Part shown: piece after piece, positions 1-9,155 of the stretch
How positions within the stretch are numbered: position 1 is the first letter of the stretch
Layout of the letters: each line of letters begins with the position of its first letter
Source: Spirochaetota bacterium
GTDB lineage: Bacteria > Spirochaetota > UBA4802 > UBA5550
NCBI GenBank assembly: GCA_024276015.1
Contig: JAJRXZ010000026.1
Span: 78,257-142,256, forward strand
Direction: 5' to 3'
DNA: 64,000 bases
Position numbers and translations under genes: made by a program
Notes under the pieces: model-generated
What the model was told of the DNA's origin: nothing
Seen by the model: only the letters and a program-made list of their open reading frames with translations
Databases searched by the model: none

Positions 1-15
1 TGGAGATAATGTTCT

Positions 16-1203
16 ATGAGATTCATTAAAAGTAAATATATATCTGCTGCCTGTATATTGCTCCTGATCATTTCATGCAATGAAAAGAAAGAAATTTACC
101 TAACCAGAACAAAAACCGGCATCAGCAAAACTGAGATAATAATAGGTTCTTCTGCTGCTCTTACCGGCCATGCTTCATTTCTAGGGACTCAGCTTGTGCA
201 GGGTTCGCTTTCATTGATCAGGGAGATTAATGGCAGAGGAGGAATTTTCGGCAGAAAAATCCGCTTAATATCCTACGATGACGGTTATGAACCTGTAAGA
301 ACAGTAACAAATACGAGAAGATTGATCGAAAGAGACAGAGTATTTATTCTGTTCGATTATGTGGGAACTCCCACTGCAAAAATGATAATACAAATTATTA
401 ACAGAGAAAAGATCCCGGTTGTGGGGCTCTTTACCGGAGCGGAATTCTTGCGGAATCCTCACCAGCCTTATATTTTAAACATAAGAGCCTCCTACTTCAA
501 AGAGGTGGAAACAATAATTGATTACTGGGTCGGCAGAGGGCGAAGAAAAATTTCAGTATTTATGCAGAACGACGCTTTCGGAGCTGCCGTGCTCTCCGGA
601 ACCGAAATTGCCCTTGCAAGGCATAAGCTTGAACCTGTTTCAATAGGCTATTTCACCAGAGGAAAACTTCCCGACAAAAACGTTGTACGTAAAATTGCAA
701 TGAAAAAACCCGAAGCTATAGTAATGGTTGGTACATATACGCCTCTGGCGGATTTTGTTAAAATGGCAAAGGATATGGGGCTCACCGAAACGGAATTCCA
801 CACTGTATCATTTGTCGGTTCCGAAGCCTTTGCAAGAGAACTCTTAAAGAAAGGGAGCGATATTAAAAGGAATGTATATGTTACACAGGTTGTCCCGTCA
901 CCGGATGATCTGCAAAACAGCGCGGCAATCGAATTTAGAGAATTATACAAAAAATACTATCCTGAAGAAAAACCAAATTACGTTGCCTTTGAAGGATTTA
1001 TCAATGCAAAAATTCTTATTGAAGCGCTCAGAAGATGCGGCAGGGATCTCTTCAGAGAAAAATTAATTACTGTAATAGAATCAATGTCAGATTATAATGC
1101 CGATACGGGACTTCTGTCGGACATTGCTCCGAACAATCACAGTTTCTTTGATAATGTTAAAATAAGTACAATAAAAAATCATTCTTTTCAGGTAATCCAA
1201 TAA
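16..1203 (+). CDS. Periplasmic ligand-binding lipoprotein of the type 1 periplasmic binding-protein fold (LivK/ANF-receptor-like)
   Basis: 395 aa. N-terminal lipoprotein-like signal (LLLIISC). Length and motif pattern (IIIGSSAALTGHASFLG, QNDAFG) are typical of Leu/Ile/Val-binding-type PBPs. TAA stop. Function inferred from fold-level similarity only. Confidence 0.55.
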   Translation: MRFIKSKYISAACILLLIISCNEKKEIYLTRTKTGISKTEIIIGSSAALTGHASFLGTQLVQGSLSLIREINGRGGIFGRKIRLISYDDGYEPVRTVTNTRRLIERDRVFILFDYVGTPTAKMIIQIINREKIPVVGLFTGAEFLRNPHQPYILNIRASYFKEVETIIDYWVGRGRRKISVFMQNDAFGAAVLSGTEIALARHKLEPVSIGYFTRGKLPDKNVVRKIAMKKPEAIVMVGTYTPLADFVKMAKDMGLTETEFHTVSFVGSEAFARELLKKGSDIKRNVYVTQVVPSPDDLQNSAAIEFRELYKKYYPEEKPNYVAFEGFINAKILIEALRRCGRDLFREKLITVIESMSDYNADTGLLSDIAPNNHSFFDNVKISTIKNHSFQVIQ

Positions 1204-1224
1204 AATGAAATTAAAGGATATTTC

Positions 1225-2478
1225 ATGAGAACCTCAATCAGCTGGAAAGTTTTCCTCATTTTTTCCGGAAGTTTGATCATAATAATATCGTCGCAGATAT
1301 TAACCTTCTATCTCTATTTCCGCCAGGATGTAACTTCGCAGAATGTAGATCTTCTATATCTGCAAAATAAATCTATTGAATCGCTGAGCCGTAAATTCCT
1401 CCAAGTTACGCTGTTATCCAACTCCAACAGAGACAATTCATTCAATATTTTTAATCTGAACCTGAATATTGAAAGGGATATTAAACAGATCAACGAAAGC
1501 GCAGAAATTATGCTCAAAGGAGGAATAATGTTAGTTGACGGGAAACGCCATAATTTCCCCCAGCTTGATAAAAAATATCACGATAAAATAAAAAATATCC
1601 GCCTGCTCCTCAATGCATTTATGTTCGTCAAAGATATTATATTAAAATCCGATAATATTGCGGAACGGGAAAATAAACTGGTTCTCCTTACCAGTATAAT
1701 CAGGCAACTTACAAGCAAAAATCAATCTATTCTGAGAAGCATAAAAAAAGAGGTAAAATCGGACCAGCTTGTATTTACCGTAGTTATGATCGTAGCGCTT
1801 GTAATTGTAATTATTGTTTTCCTCTTCTTCAGGCATTATATAGTAGGCAACATCATCAATCCTTTAAAAAATTTTTCCGAACGCTTTGTTAACCTTTCGG
1901 AAGGTTTTATTGGAACGGAAATCGAATATATCAGAAAAGACGAATTCGGAGAACTCTACAACTCATTTAATATATTTATAAGGATACTCAAGGGCATAAC
2001 CTATCACTTCAAAACGATCTTAACCGATGTTGACGGAGAGTATTTGGCTGATACCGAAGCAAATCTAATGAAACCTATTCAGATAAACGAACTCTTTCTG
2101 CGCATTAACCGTGTACTTAAAGTGAGAAATATAGGGAAAGACCGTGAACCCAGCATCTCCATAAGCGATAAAAACAACATCTATTTTTTCCCGCCCGATA
2201 AAATCATATATATTTCCTCTTCGTCCAAAAAAACAATTATTCATACAGTGAATAAAGACCATGCTCTGTCCATTCAATTCAAGGATATAGAGGGCAAACT
2301 GAACGAATCATTTGTCAGGATCCATAAGCAGTATATTATCAACACCAAATTCATTTCACGGCTTACTCATATTAAAAGCGGCCACTATAAGATCCTGCTT
2401 GACGACGAGGATGATACCGAACTGCCTGTGGGACGTTCCTATATTTATCAGCTGAAAGAAAAAATACAAAGGCAGTAA
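1225..2478 (+). CDS. Membrane-anchored one-component regulator with a C-terminal LytTR DNA-binding domain
   Basis: 417 aa. N-terminal TM helix, a long extracytoplasmic region, a second TM (VVMIVALVIVIIVFLFF), then a LytTR-like C-terminus (IYFFPPDKIIYISSSSKKTIIHT...FVRIHKQYIIN). Starts 22 nt after the upstream PBP gene. Confidence 0.55.
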   Translation: MRTSISWKVFLIFSGSLIIIISSQILTFYLYFRQDVTSQNVDLLYLQNKSIESLSRKFLQVTLLSNSNRDNSFNIFNLNLNIERDIKQINESAEIMLKGGIMLVDGKRHNFPQLDKKYHDKIKNIRLLLNAFMFVKDIILKSDNIAERENKLVLLTSIIRQLTSKNQSILRSIKKEVKSDQLVFTVVMIVALVIVIIVFLFFRHYIVGNIINPLKNFSERFVNLSEGFIGTEIEYIRKDEFGELYNSFNIFIRILKGITYHFKTILTDVDGEYLADTEANLMKPIQINELFLRINRVLKVRNIGKDREPSISISDKNNIYFFPPDKIIYISSSSKKTIIHTVNKDHALSIQFKDIEGKLNESFVRIHKQYIINTKFISRLTHIKSGHYKILLDDEDDTELPVGRSYIYQLKEKIQRQ

Positions 2479-2749
2479 CCGTTTATTGCTTTTTAATAAC
2501 CGTTTACTTCATTACAGTAACCATTCATTCTTATCCTATTGACATCACCAGATCAATATGATTAAATACACTGTTTAATTACTAATACATAGCGCCGGGA
2601 AGAAATATCTTTTCTTAAACTATTTAACTATTGCAATTATTTGAAGCATGACAGTTTGCATTGCTTTTTAGTATTTATTAAATATATAAAACTTTAGATG
2701 TCATCAAATAATCCAAATAAGATGATAAAATTTTAATTGGAGGCATTCA

Positions 2750-5700
2750 ATGAATAAAATAAGTCGAAGGTCTTTTTTCAAAAAAGGGGCTCTGTCGATC
2801 GGAACAATGGTTTCCGCCTTCACTCTATCGCCCGATTCTCTATGGGCCGGCTCTAAAAAAGAGTTTAAAACCTACAGGACCAAGGAAACAACAACTATAT
2901 GCTGTTTCTGCGCCGTAGGCTGCGGCCTCATTGTAAGCACAAGACACGGGGAAATAGTTAATACCGAAGGCGATCCGGATCATCCGATCAATGAGGGTTC
3001 ACTCTGTTCCAAAGGAGCAGGACTGATCCAGACTTCTGTTAACAAAAGGAGGCTGGACAATGTTCTTTACAGAGCGCCTGGCTCAACCAGATGGGAAAAG
3101 AAGAGCTGGCAGTGGGCAATGTCCAAGATCGCAAAGAATATAAAAGATACAAGGGAGCGAACCTTCGTACAGGAAAAAGACGGTAAACCGGTTAACCGTA
3201 CTGACGGAATTGCTCAGCTCGGAGGAGCGGCGCTGGACAACGAGGAATGTTACCTCATTGTTAAACTGGCAAGAGCTCTGGGATTGACATGGATAGATCA
3301 CCAGGCCCGTATTTGACACTCCTCAACCGTCGCCAGTCTGGCGAATTCATTCGGCCGAGGAGCTATGACAAACCACTGGATTGATATTCAGCACTCCGAT
3401 GTTATAATAATCATAGGAAGCAACGCAGCCGAGAACCACACAATCTCTATGAAATATGTAAATATGGCAAGAGAGAAAGGAGCCAAGCTGATAAGTATTG
3501 ACCCGCGCTTTACAAGGTCATCTGCGCTGTCTGACGTTTATGCGCCCATGAGGTCCGGTACCGATATAGTCATGATAGGCGGTATCATAAACTACGCTCT
3601 GCAGAATAACAGAGTGCATAAAGACTACATTGCGAATTCCACAAACGGATCATTCTTAATAAACCCCGGATTCGGTTTCAAAGACGGTCTCTTTACAGGA
3701 TACAACGAAGCAAAAAGAAAATATGATAAGAAGACATGGGGATACCAGCTCGACGCCAGAGGCAATCCTAAGCAGGATAAAACTCTAAAAGACCCCAACT
3801 GTGTTTACCAGATAATGAAAAGGCATTATTCAAGATACACACCTGAGATGGTATCGGGCATAACCGGATGCCCTGTGGAAACATTCAAAGAGATTGCCGA
3901 ACTCTACACATCAACATCTGCGCCGGACAGAGTGGGAACAATAATGTACGCTATGGGCACGACCCAGCATACGGTAGGCACTCAGAATATTCGGTCCTAT
4001 GCAATGCTTCAGCTTCTTATGGGTAATGTAGGCAAATCGGGAGGCGGAATCAATGCGCTCAGAGGCGAATCCAATGTCCAGGGATCAACCGACATGTGTC
4101 TCCTCTTCCACATTCTTCCGGGCTACCTTAAGACGCCTCAGCCTAAAGATGTTGATCTGGCAGCTTATATCAAACATTATACCCCAAAAACCAATGATCC
4201 CAAATCGGCCAACTGGTGGGGCAATTATTCCAAATATATTACCAGTCTCCTTAAAGCATGGTGGGGCGAACATGCTCAAAAAGATACGGCAGGGGGATTT
4301 GCATTCAATTACCTGCCCAAACGCGAGGGGTGGATGGATCATATCACTCTTTTTGAGCAGATGTACGCGGGCCAGTTCGAAGGATTCCTTATATGGGGAC
4401 AGAATCCCGCTGTTGGCGGGCCCAATGTCCGAAAAGAGAGGAAGGCGCTTGAGAAACTGAAGTGGCTGGTTGTAGCGGATCTGTGGGAAACGGAAACAGC
4501 GGCTTTCTGGAAGGCTCCCGATGTCAATCCTACAAAAATAAATACCGAAGTTTTCCTGCTCCCGGCAGCCTCGTCAATGGAAAAGGAAGGCTCTGTCACA
4601 AATTCGGGACGCTGGGCCCAATGGAGATACGCATCTATTCAGCCCGGCGATGCGGGATGGCACGGAGACGCACGGCCGGACCTCTGGATAGTCGACGCTA
4701 TGTTCAAATCATTGAAAGCAGAATATAAAAAAGATCCCGGCAAATTCGGCGATCCCATACTTCACCTTAACTGGGATTACGGCACAGGCGACAAAGTGGA
4801 TCCTCACAGAGAACCTGATGTGCATAAAGTAGCAAGAGAAATCAACGGATACTATATTAAAAACGGCAAACCTGCCGGCCAGTGCATAAGTTTTGGGAAG
4901 CTCAAAGACGACGGCTCAACTGCAAGCGGCAACTGGCTTATGTGCGGAGGATATGTTAACTGGAGTTCTAAAGAAGGGAAAAGATCCGATACTCATTATG
5001 TGAAGAATGAAGCCGGCGAATTTTCCAACAGGTATGCAAGAAGAATCAATGAAAAAGACGAGCCAAAAGTACAGAAGCTCATTGCAGCCGGAAGAACAAC
5101 AGGCCTTAATTTGAACTGGTCATGGTGCTGGCCCGTAAACAGACGGATAATCTACAACAGAGCGTCCGTTGACCTGAAGGGCAGACCCTTTGACAAAGAT
5201 AAGTGGGTAATCCGGTGGAATCCGAACTTAAAAGGCGGCAAAGGAGCCTTTGAAGGAGATGTCCCTGACGGAGGCTGGGCTCCGGGAACCAAGTATCCCT
5301 TTATCATGCTTCCGGAAGGCCATGCCCGTCTTTTTGCCAAGGGACTGCGCGACGGCCCCATACCCGAGCACTATGAGCCTGTTGAATCGCCATTCGGCAA
5401 TGAGAACCCCTTATCCGGGCAGGCGGTCAATCCGGTTATCCTGCAGTATTACAAAGGAACAAAGGTTCAGCGCGAACTCAATCCGATCGGGAAAAACGAT
5501 AAATACCCCATTGTTGCAACAACATACCGCCTGAGCGAACACTGGCAGGCAGGAGCTATGACAAGAAACCAGCCCTGGCTGGCAGAACTAATGCCCGATA
5601 TGTTCGCAGAGATAAGCAGGGAACTTGCCGAAAAGATAGGAGTGAAAAACGGGCAGAAGGTCAAAGTGACAACTGCCCGCGGGAGCGTCACATGTTATGC

Positions 5701-5908
5701 TCTGGTTACTGCAAGATTCCGGCCCTTTGATCTGGTTGATAAAAACGGCAAAAAAATAGTTGTACATCAGATCGGGCTCCCCTGGCATTACGGTTTTCAG
5801 GGAATTGCTACCGGAGATGCCGCGAATATTCTGACATCCCATGTGGGTGATGCCAATACCAACATTCCGGAATTTAAGGCATTCCTCTGCAATGTAGTGA
5901 AGGCTTAA
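2750..5908 (+). CDS. fdnG: Formate dehydrogenase (N/O-type) catalytic alpha subunit, selenocysteine-containing; the in-frame TGA at 3314..3316 is read as Sec
   Basis: ORFs 2750..3316 and 3365..5908 are in the same frame and separated only by a TGA. Tat signal (SRRSFFKKGALSIG). The sequence around the TGA (HQARI-U-HSSTVASLANSFGRGAMTNHW) matches the conserved Sec-active-site context of FdnG/FdoG. Molybdopterin oxidoreductase motifs run throughout. Good RBS (ggagg) 8 nt before the ATG. Confidence 0.85.
3317..3362 (+). promoter_or_regulatory. Putative bacterial SECIS element immediately 3' of the Sec UGA
   Basis: A nested stem-loop: ctcctc (3319-3324) pairs with gaggag (3357-3362), enclosing a tight hairpin cgcca-gtc-tggcg (3331-3343). 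Position and size fit a SelB-binding SECIS. The fold was not computed. Confidence 0.4.
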
Positions 5909-5920
5909 GGAGATATTAAA

Positions 5921-6742
5921 ATGAAAACAACAATAAATCAAAAAGGATTTTTAATAGACGGGACAAAATGTATCGGATGCCGCGCATGCCAGATTGCCTG
6001 CAAGCAGTGGAATGAACTTCCCGCTGAAAAGACAGAATTTTTTGGCGGCGACGGCTACCAGAATCCGGCCGATCTTTCCTCAAAAACATATACGCTTATT
6101 AAATACCGCGAGGTTATTAAGAAGGATAAACTGGTTGACTGGGTTTTCCATAAAGATCAGTGCCAGCACTGCCTTGAGCCTGCCTGCGTATCCGCATGTA
6201 TCGTAGGGGCTCTGCAAAAAACAGCCGCAGGCCCAGTTGTATGGGAAGACAGAAGATGTATCGGGTGCAGGTACTGTATGCTTGCATGCCCTTACAATAT
6301 ACCGAAATTTGAATGGTACAGCATCAATCCGGACATTAAAAAATGTACTCTCTGCTCTGACAGAATTGAGAACGGCCTGCCCCCGGCATGCGCCAAAGCA
6401 TGTTCCACGGGCGCTATCACTTACGGCAGCAGAGACGAACTCCTCAAAGAAGCAAAGAAGAGACTTAAATCCGGACCCGATACTTACTACCAGCATATTT
6501 ACGGAGAGGACGAAGTAGGAGGTACATGCGTACTGAATATTTCCAGCATACCTCTGGAAGAATTCGGTTACCCCGGGAATCTTCCAAAGGAATCTCTCTC
6601 CACTACAACAGACCCGGCAATGAAGTCTATTCCGGGCGTTGTAATAGGTCTTGGAGCTGCTCTCGGTATAACCGCTTTTATAGTAAACAAACACAAAAAG
6701 CAGCTCTCGGAAGAAAGTCAGTCACAAGGAGATCAATCATGA
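5921..6742 (+). CDS. fdnH: Formate dehydrogenase iron-sulfur (4x[4Fe-4S]) beta subunit with a C-terminal TM anchor
   Basis: 273 aa. Four ferredoxin-like Cys clusters (CIGCRACQIAC, CQHCLEPACVSAC, CIGCRYCMLACP, CTLCSDR...C). C-terminal hydrophobic helix (IPGVVIGLGAALGITAFIV). The stop overlaps the next gene's start (ATGA). Confidence 0.8.
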   Translation: MKTTINQKGFLIDGTKCIGCRACQIACKQWNELPAEKTEFFGGDGYQNPADLSSKTYTLIKYREVIKKDKLVDWVFHKDQCQHCLEPACVSACIVGALQKTAAGPVVWEDRRCIGCRYCMLACPYNIPKFEWYSINPDIKKCTLCSDRIENGLPPACAKACSTGAITYGSRDELLKEAKKRLKSGPDTYYQHIYGEDEVGGTCVLNISSIPLEEFGYPGNLPKESLSTTTDPAMKSIPGVVIGLGAALGITAFIVNKHKKQLSEESQSQGDQS

Positions 6743-7986
6743 GCAACAGGAATATAGAATTCGGCAAAGGTTCAAGAGTACTTTTCGGCCTCATAGCCAT
6801 AGGGGCATTCCTCATCGGTGTAAGATATATTGGGGGGCTGGGCACTGTTACCAATCTTTCCGATAAATATCCATGGGGATTGTGGATCGGAATTGACGTA
6901 TTAACGGGAGTTTCCCTTGCAGCCGGAGGATTCACGCTGGCTGCAATTGTTCATATATTCGGGAAGGAAAAATATCATGCCGTAATAAGACCTGCCATAT
7001 TAACGGCATTCCTGGGCTACATTTTCGTTGCATTGGGTCTGATAGTAGATCTGGGAAGGGGCTGGAATATATGGCACGTTATATTCTTCTGGAACAGGGA
7101 CTCGGCAATGTTCGAAGTAGGCTGGTGCGTATTATTGTACCTGACAATTCTTGCTCTGGAATTTGCGCCTGTTATCTTTGAAGAATACGGCCTGAACTCA
7201 TGGCAGGAAAAATGGGGAAAATATTCGCCATGGCTCAGCATTATTCTTGTTTCATGGTTTGTCTTTGTTATGACAGGATATCCATGGTATGCAGGAATCG
7301 CTTTTATTATTCTGGCAATATTCTATTTTACATACCGGAGATCTCTTCCAAAGGGAAGCACGGTTCTGCTGCTTATTATAGCCGGTATAATATTCTCTTT
7401 TGAGCATCAGTCCTCACTGGGCACGCTCTTCTTAATAGTACCGACAAAACTCTCTTCCCTCTGGTACACGCCCTATCTTCCTCTAAATTTTCTGTTGAGC
7501 GCTATTATGGTGGGCCTTGCTATGGTAATTTTCGAGTCAAGCCTTTCTTCCAGGGTATTCGGCTTCGGTCTTGAAAAAGATGTTATTACGGGGCTTGCAA
7601 AAAAATTACCCTGGCTCATAATAGTTACCGCAGTGGTAAGATTATACACACTTTACCAGCAAACAGGTTTTGTGCTGGAGGGCACACCTGCTCAACTGTT
7701 TTTTCTGGGATTAGAGATCATAGCAGGGCTATTACTGCCGCTTGTTATGCTTTTATTTCCGGGAGCAAGCGATTCTCCAAAGACCGTTTTTTATGCAGCA
7801 GCGATGGTTATTGCCGGTGTTGTTATCAACAGGGTAAGCGTTTCGATGGTTGGCATTAATATCCCGGACATACCGGCATACGTGCCTCATCCCGGAGAAA
7901 TATTAATAACTCTTGGAATAATTTCAGCCGGCATAATGACTTTCTATGTTATGTGCACCAAGCTGCCGGTATTTGAGAAACATTGA
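6739..7986 (+). CDS. NrfD/PsrC-family polytopic membrane subunit (quinone-interacting anchor) of the formate dehydrogenase complex
   Basis: Start chosen at the ATG at 6739 (RBS aaggag, ATGA overlap with the fdnH stop). The 6526 start in the ORF track would overlap fdnH by 200 nt. About 415 aa with 8-10 predicted TM helices, rich in W/G/L like NrfD/PsrC. No haem-ligating His pairs typical of cytochrome b FdnI. Confidence 0.6.
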   Translation: MSNRNIEFGKGSRVLFGLIAIGAFLIGVRYIGGLGTVTNLSDKYPWGLWIGIDVLTGVSLAAGGFTLAAIVHIFGKEKYHAVIRPAILTAFLGYIFVALGLIVDLGRGWNIWHVIFFWNRDSAMFEVGWCVLLYLTILALEFAPVIFEEYGLNSWQEKWGKYSPWLSIILVSWFVFVMTGYPWYAGIAFIILAIFYFTYRRSLPKGSTVLLLIIAGIIFSFEHQSSLGTLFLIVPTKLSSLWYTPYLPLNFLLSAIMVGLAMVIFESSLSSRVFGFGLEKDVITGLAKKLPWLIIVTAVVRLYTLYQQTGFVLEGTPAQLFFLGLEIIAGLLLPLVMLLFPGASDSPKTVFYAAAMVIAGVVINRVSVSMVGINIPDIPAYVPHPGEILITLGIISAGIMTFYVMCTKLPVFEKH

Positions 7987-8004
7987 TGATATCCGACAAA
8001 AACA

Positions 8005-8029
8005 GGGGCTCTGTTTCCGCAGAGCTCCC
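8005..8029 (+). terminator. Possible weak terminator hairpin after the membrane subunit gene
   Basis: ggggctctg-tttccg-cagagctccc forms a 9-bp stem (6 Watson-Crick bp plus 3 flanking, one G.U) with no strong U-tract. Weak. Confidence 0.25.
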
Positions 8030-8130
8030 TTCAAAATTAATTATCTTTCTAATTTACAAAAAAATGATTGAAGATGATAATTGTTTCATATCTGTTGCTG
8101 TAAAAAAATACAAAATAATATGGGGATCAA

Positions 8131-9015
8131 ATGAAGGATAGTAATAATAGTATAAACAAATATTTTGAGGAGCTGAGAAATCTATACAGCGCTAATGAGG
8201 AGCTTTTTGAAACTTCTTTCAATAAGAAAATAATTGAAAATAATATAAAACTTATTAAAGAAAAACGATATGCAATAACCGACGATATCTGGGATCTGCA
8301 GGAAGAAGGAAATCATGAGTTCCTTCTTTCACTTCTTGAAACGATCAATAAATATGCTCCGGATTTTACCTATGATTACAGACTTTTAAAAAAATATTTT
8401 AAAAAAGATTCTAAAAACAGCCTGGAATTTATCTTAAATGTTCTGACAAACAAACAAAAGGAATTGACCGATTTTTCGCGGACTATAAATCTATCCCGCG
8501 ACTTTCTTTCATTTTTTTCTATTTTTTCCGCTTACAAATACAGAAATTCCGTTTCAAAATTTGTCAATAGTAAATATGACCTTAATTCGCATATAACAGG
8601 ATTATGCCCCGTATGCGGCCGCTGGCCCGGGATATCCTACCTGCTGGGCGAAAAGGGAACGCGAATGATGGCCTGTATATGCTGCGGCTCTGTCTGGAGA
8701 TTCAGAAGACTGAAGTGCTCCTTCTGCCTTACGTCGGGAAAAGATAAACTGGGATATCTGAATGTTGAAGGCGAAGAGGATATATCCGCCTATACTTGTG
8801 ACAATTGCAGAAGATATATAAAAACGTACAGATTAAAAAGTGATACTGCCGACTTTTCAAATGAGAAACCTCTGATCGATTATATGACTACCGGTTTTAT
8901 AGATATAGCCGCAATGCAGAATAAATATGTTCAGGAATCCGTACTTGGGACAAAATTCACAGGACCCCACGATAAAAATATTGAATTTTATATAAAAGAA
9001 TTAATTTCAGAATAA
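8131..9015 (+). CDS. fdhE: Formate dehydrogenase accessory/maturation protein FdhE
   Basis: 294 aa with paired CxxC motifs (CPVCGRWPG, CICCGSVW, CSFC, CDNCRRY) in the arrangement characteristic of FdhE. Sits directly downstream of the fdn structural genes. Confidence 0.65.
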   Translation: MKDSNNSINKYFEELRNLYSANEELFETSFNKKIIENNIKLIKEKRYAITDDIWDLQEEGNHEFLLSLLETINKYAPDFTYDYRLLKKYFKKDSKNSLEFILNVLTNKQKELTDFSRTINLSRDFLSFFSIFSAYKYRNSVSKFVNSKYDLNSHITGLCPVCGRWPGISYLLGEKGTRMMACICCGSVWRFRRLKCSFCLTSGKDKLGYLNVEGEEDISAYTCDNCRRYIKTYRLKSDTADFSNEKPLIDYMTTGFIDIAAMQNKYVQESVLGTKFTGPHDKNIEFYIKELISE

Positions 9016-9155
9016 TATATCTGTTGCCCTCTCCTCAGGGTTTTGACTTATTTTAATAAATCGACTTGACATATCCGTATATTTTATTACCGTTAACTCC
9101 CATTTATCTATTTTTAACCTGTAAATTATCCGTATTTACGTAAAGGAGTTCAGAC

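Noticed and set aside
4053-5941. Numerous 60-135-aa ORFs on both strands inside fdnG/fdnH (e.g. 4053..4460, 4339..4599, 5588..5941, 6080..6694)
   Set aside because: They lie entirely within strongly supported FDH coding sequence in a locally GC-richer region where random ORFs are expected. No RBS or homology.
6526-6738. 5' extension of the membrane-subunit ORF giving a 486-aa protein that overlaps fdnH by about 200 nt
   Set aside because: The extension (MRTEYFQHTSGRIRLPRESS...) is the +1 frame of fdnH and has no homology. The ATG at 6739 has a good RBS and an ATGA stop-start overlap with fdnH.
9016-9060. ccct-ctcctc-aggg hairpin after fdhE as a terminator
   Set aside because: Only a 4-bp stem. 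Too weak to call.
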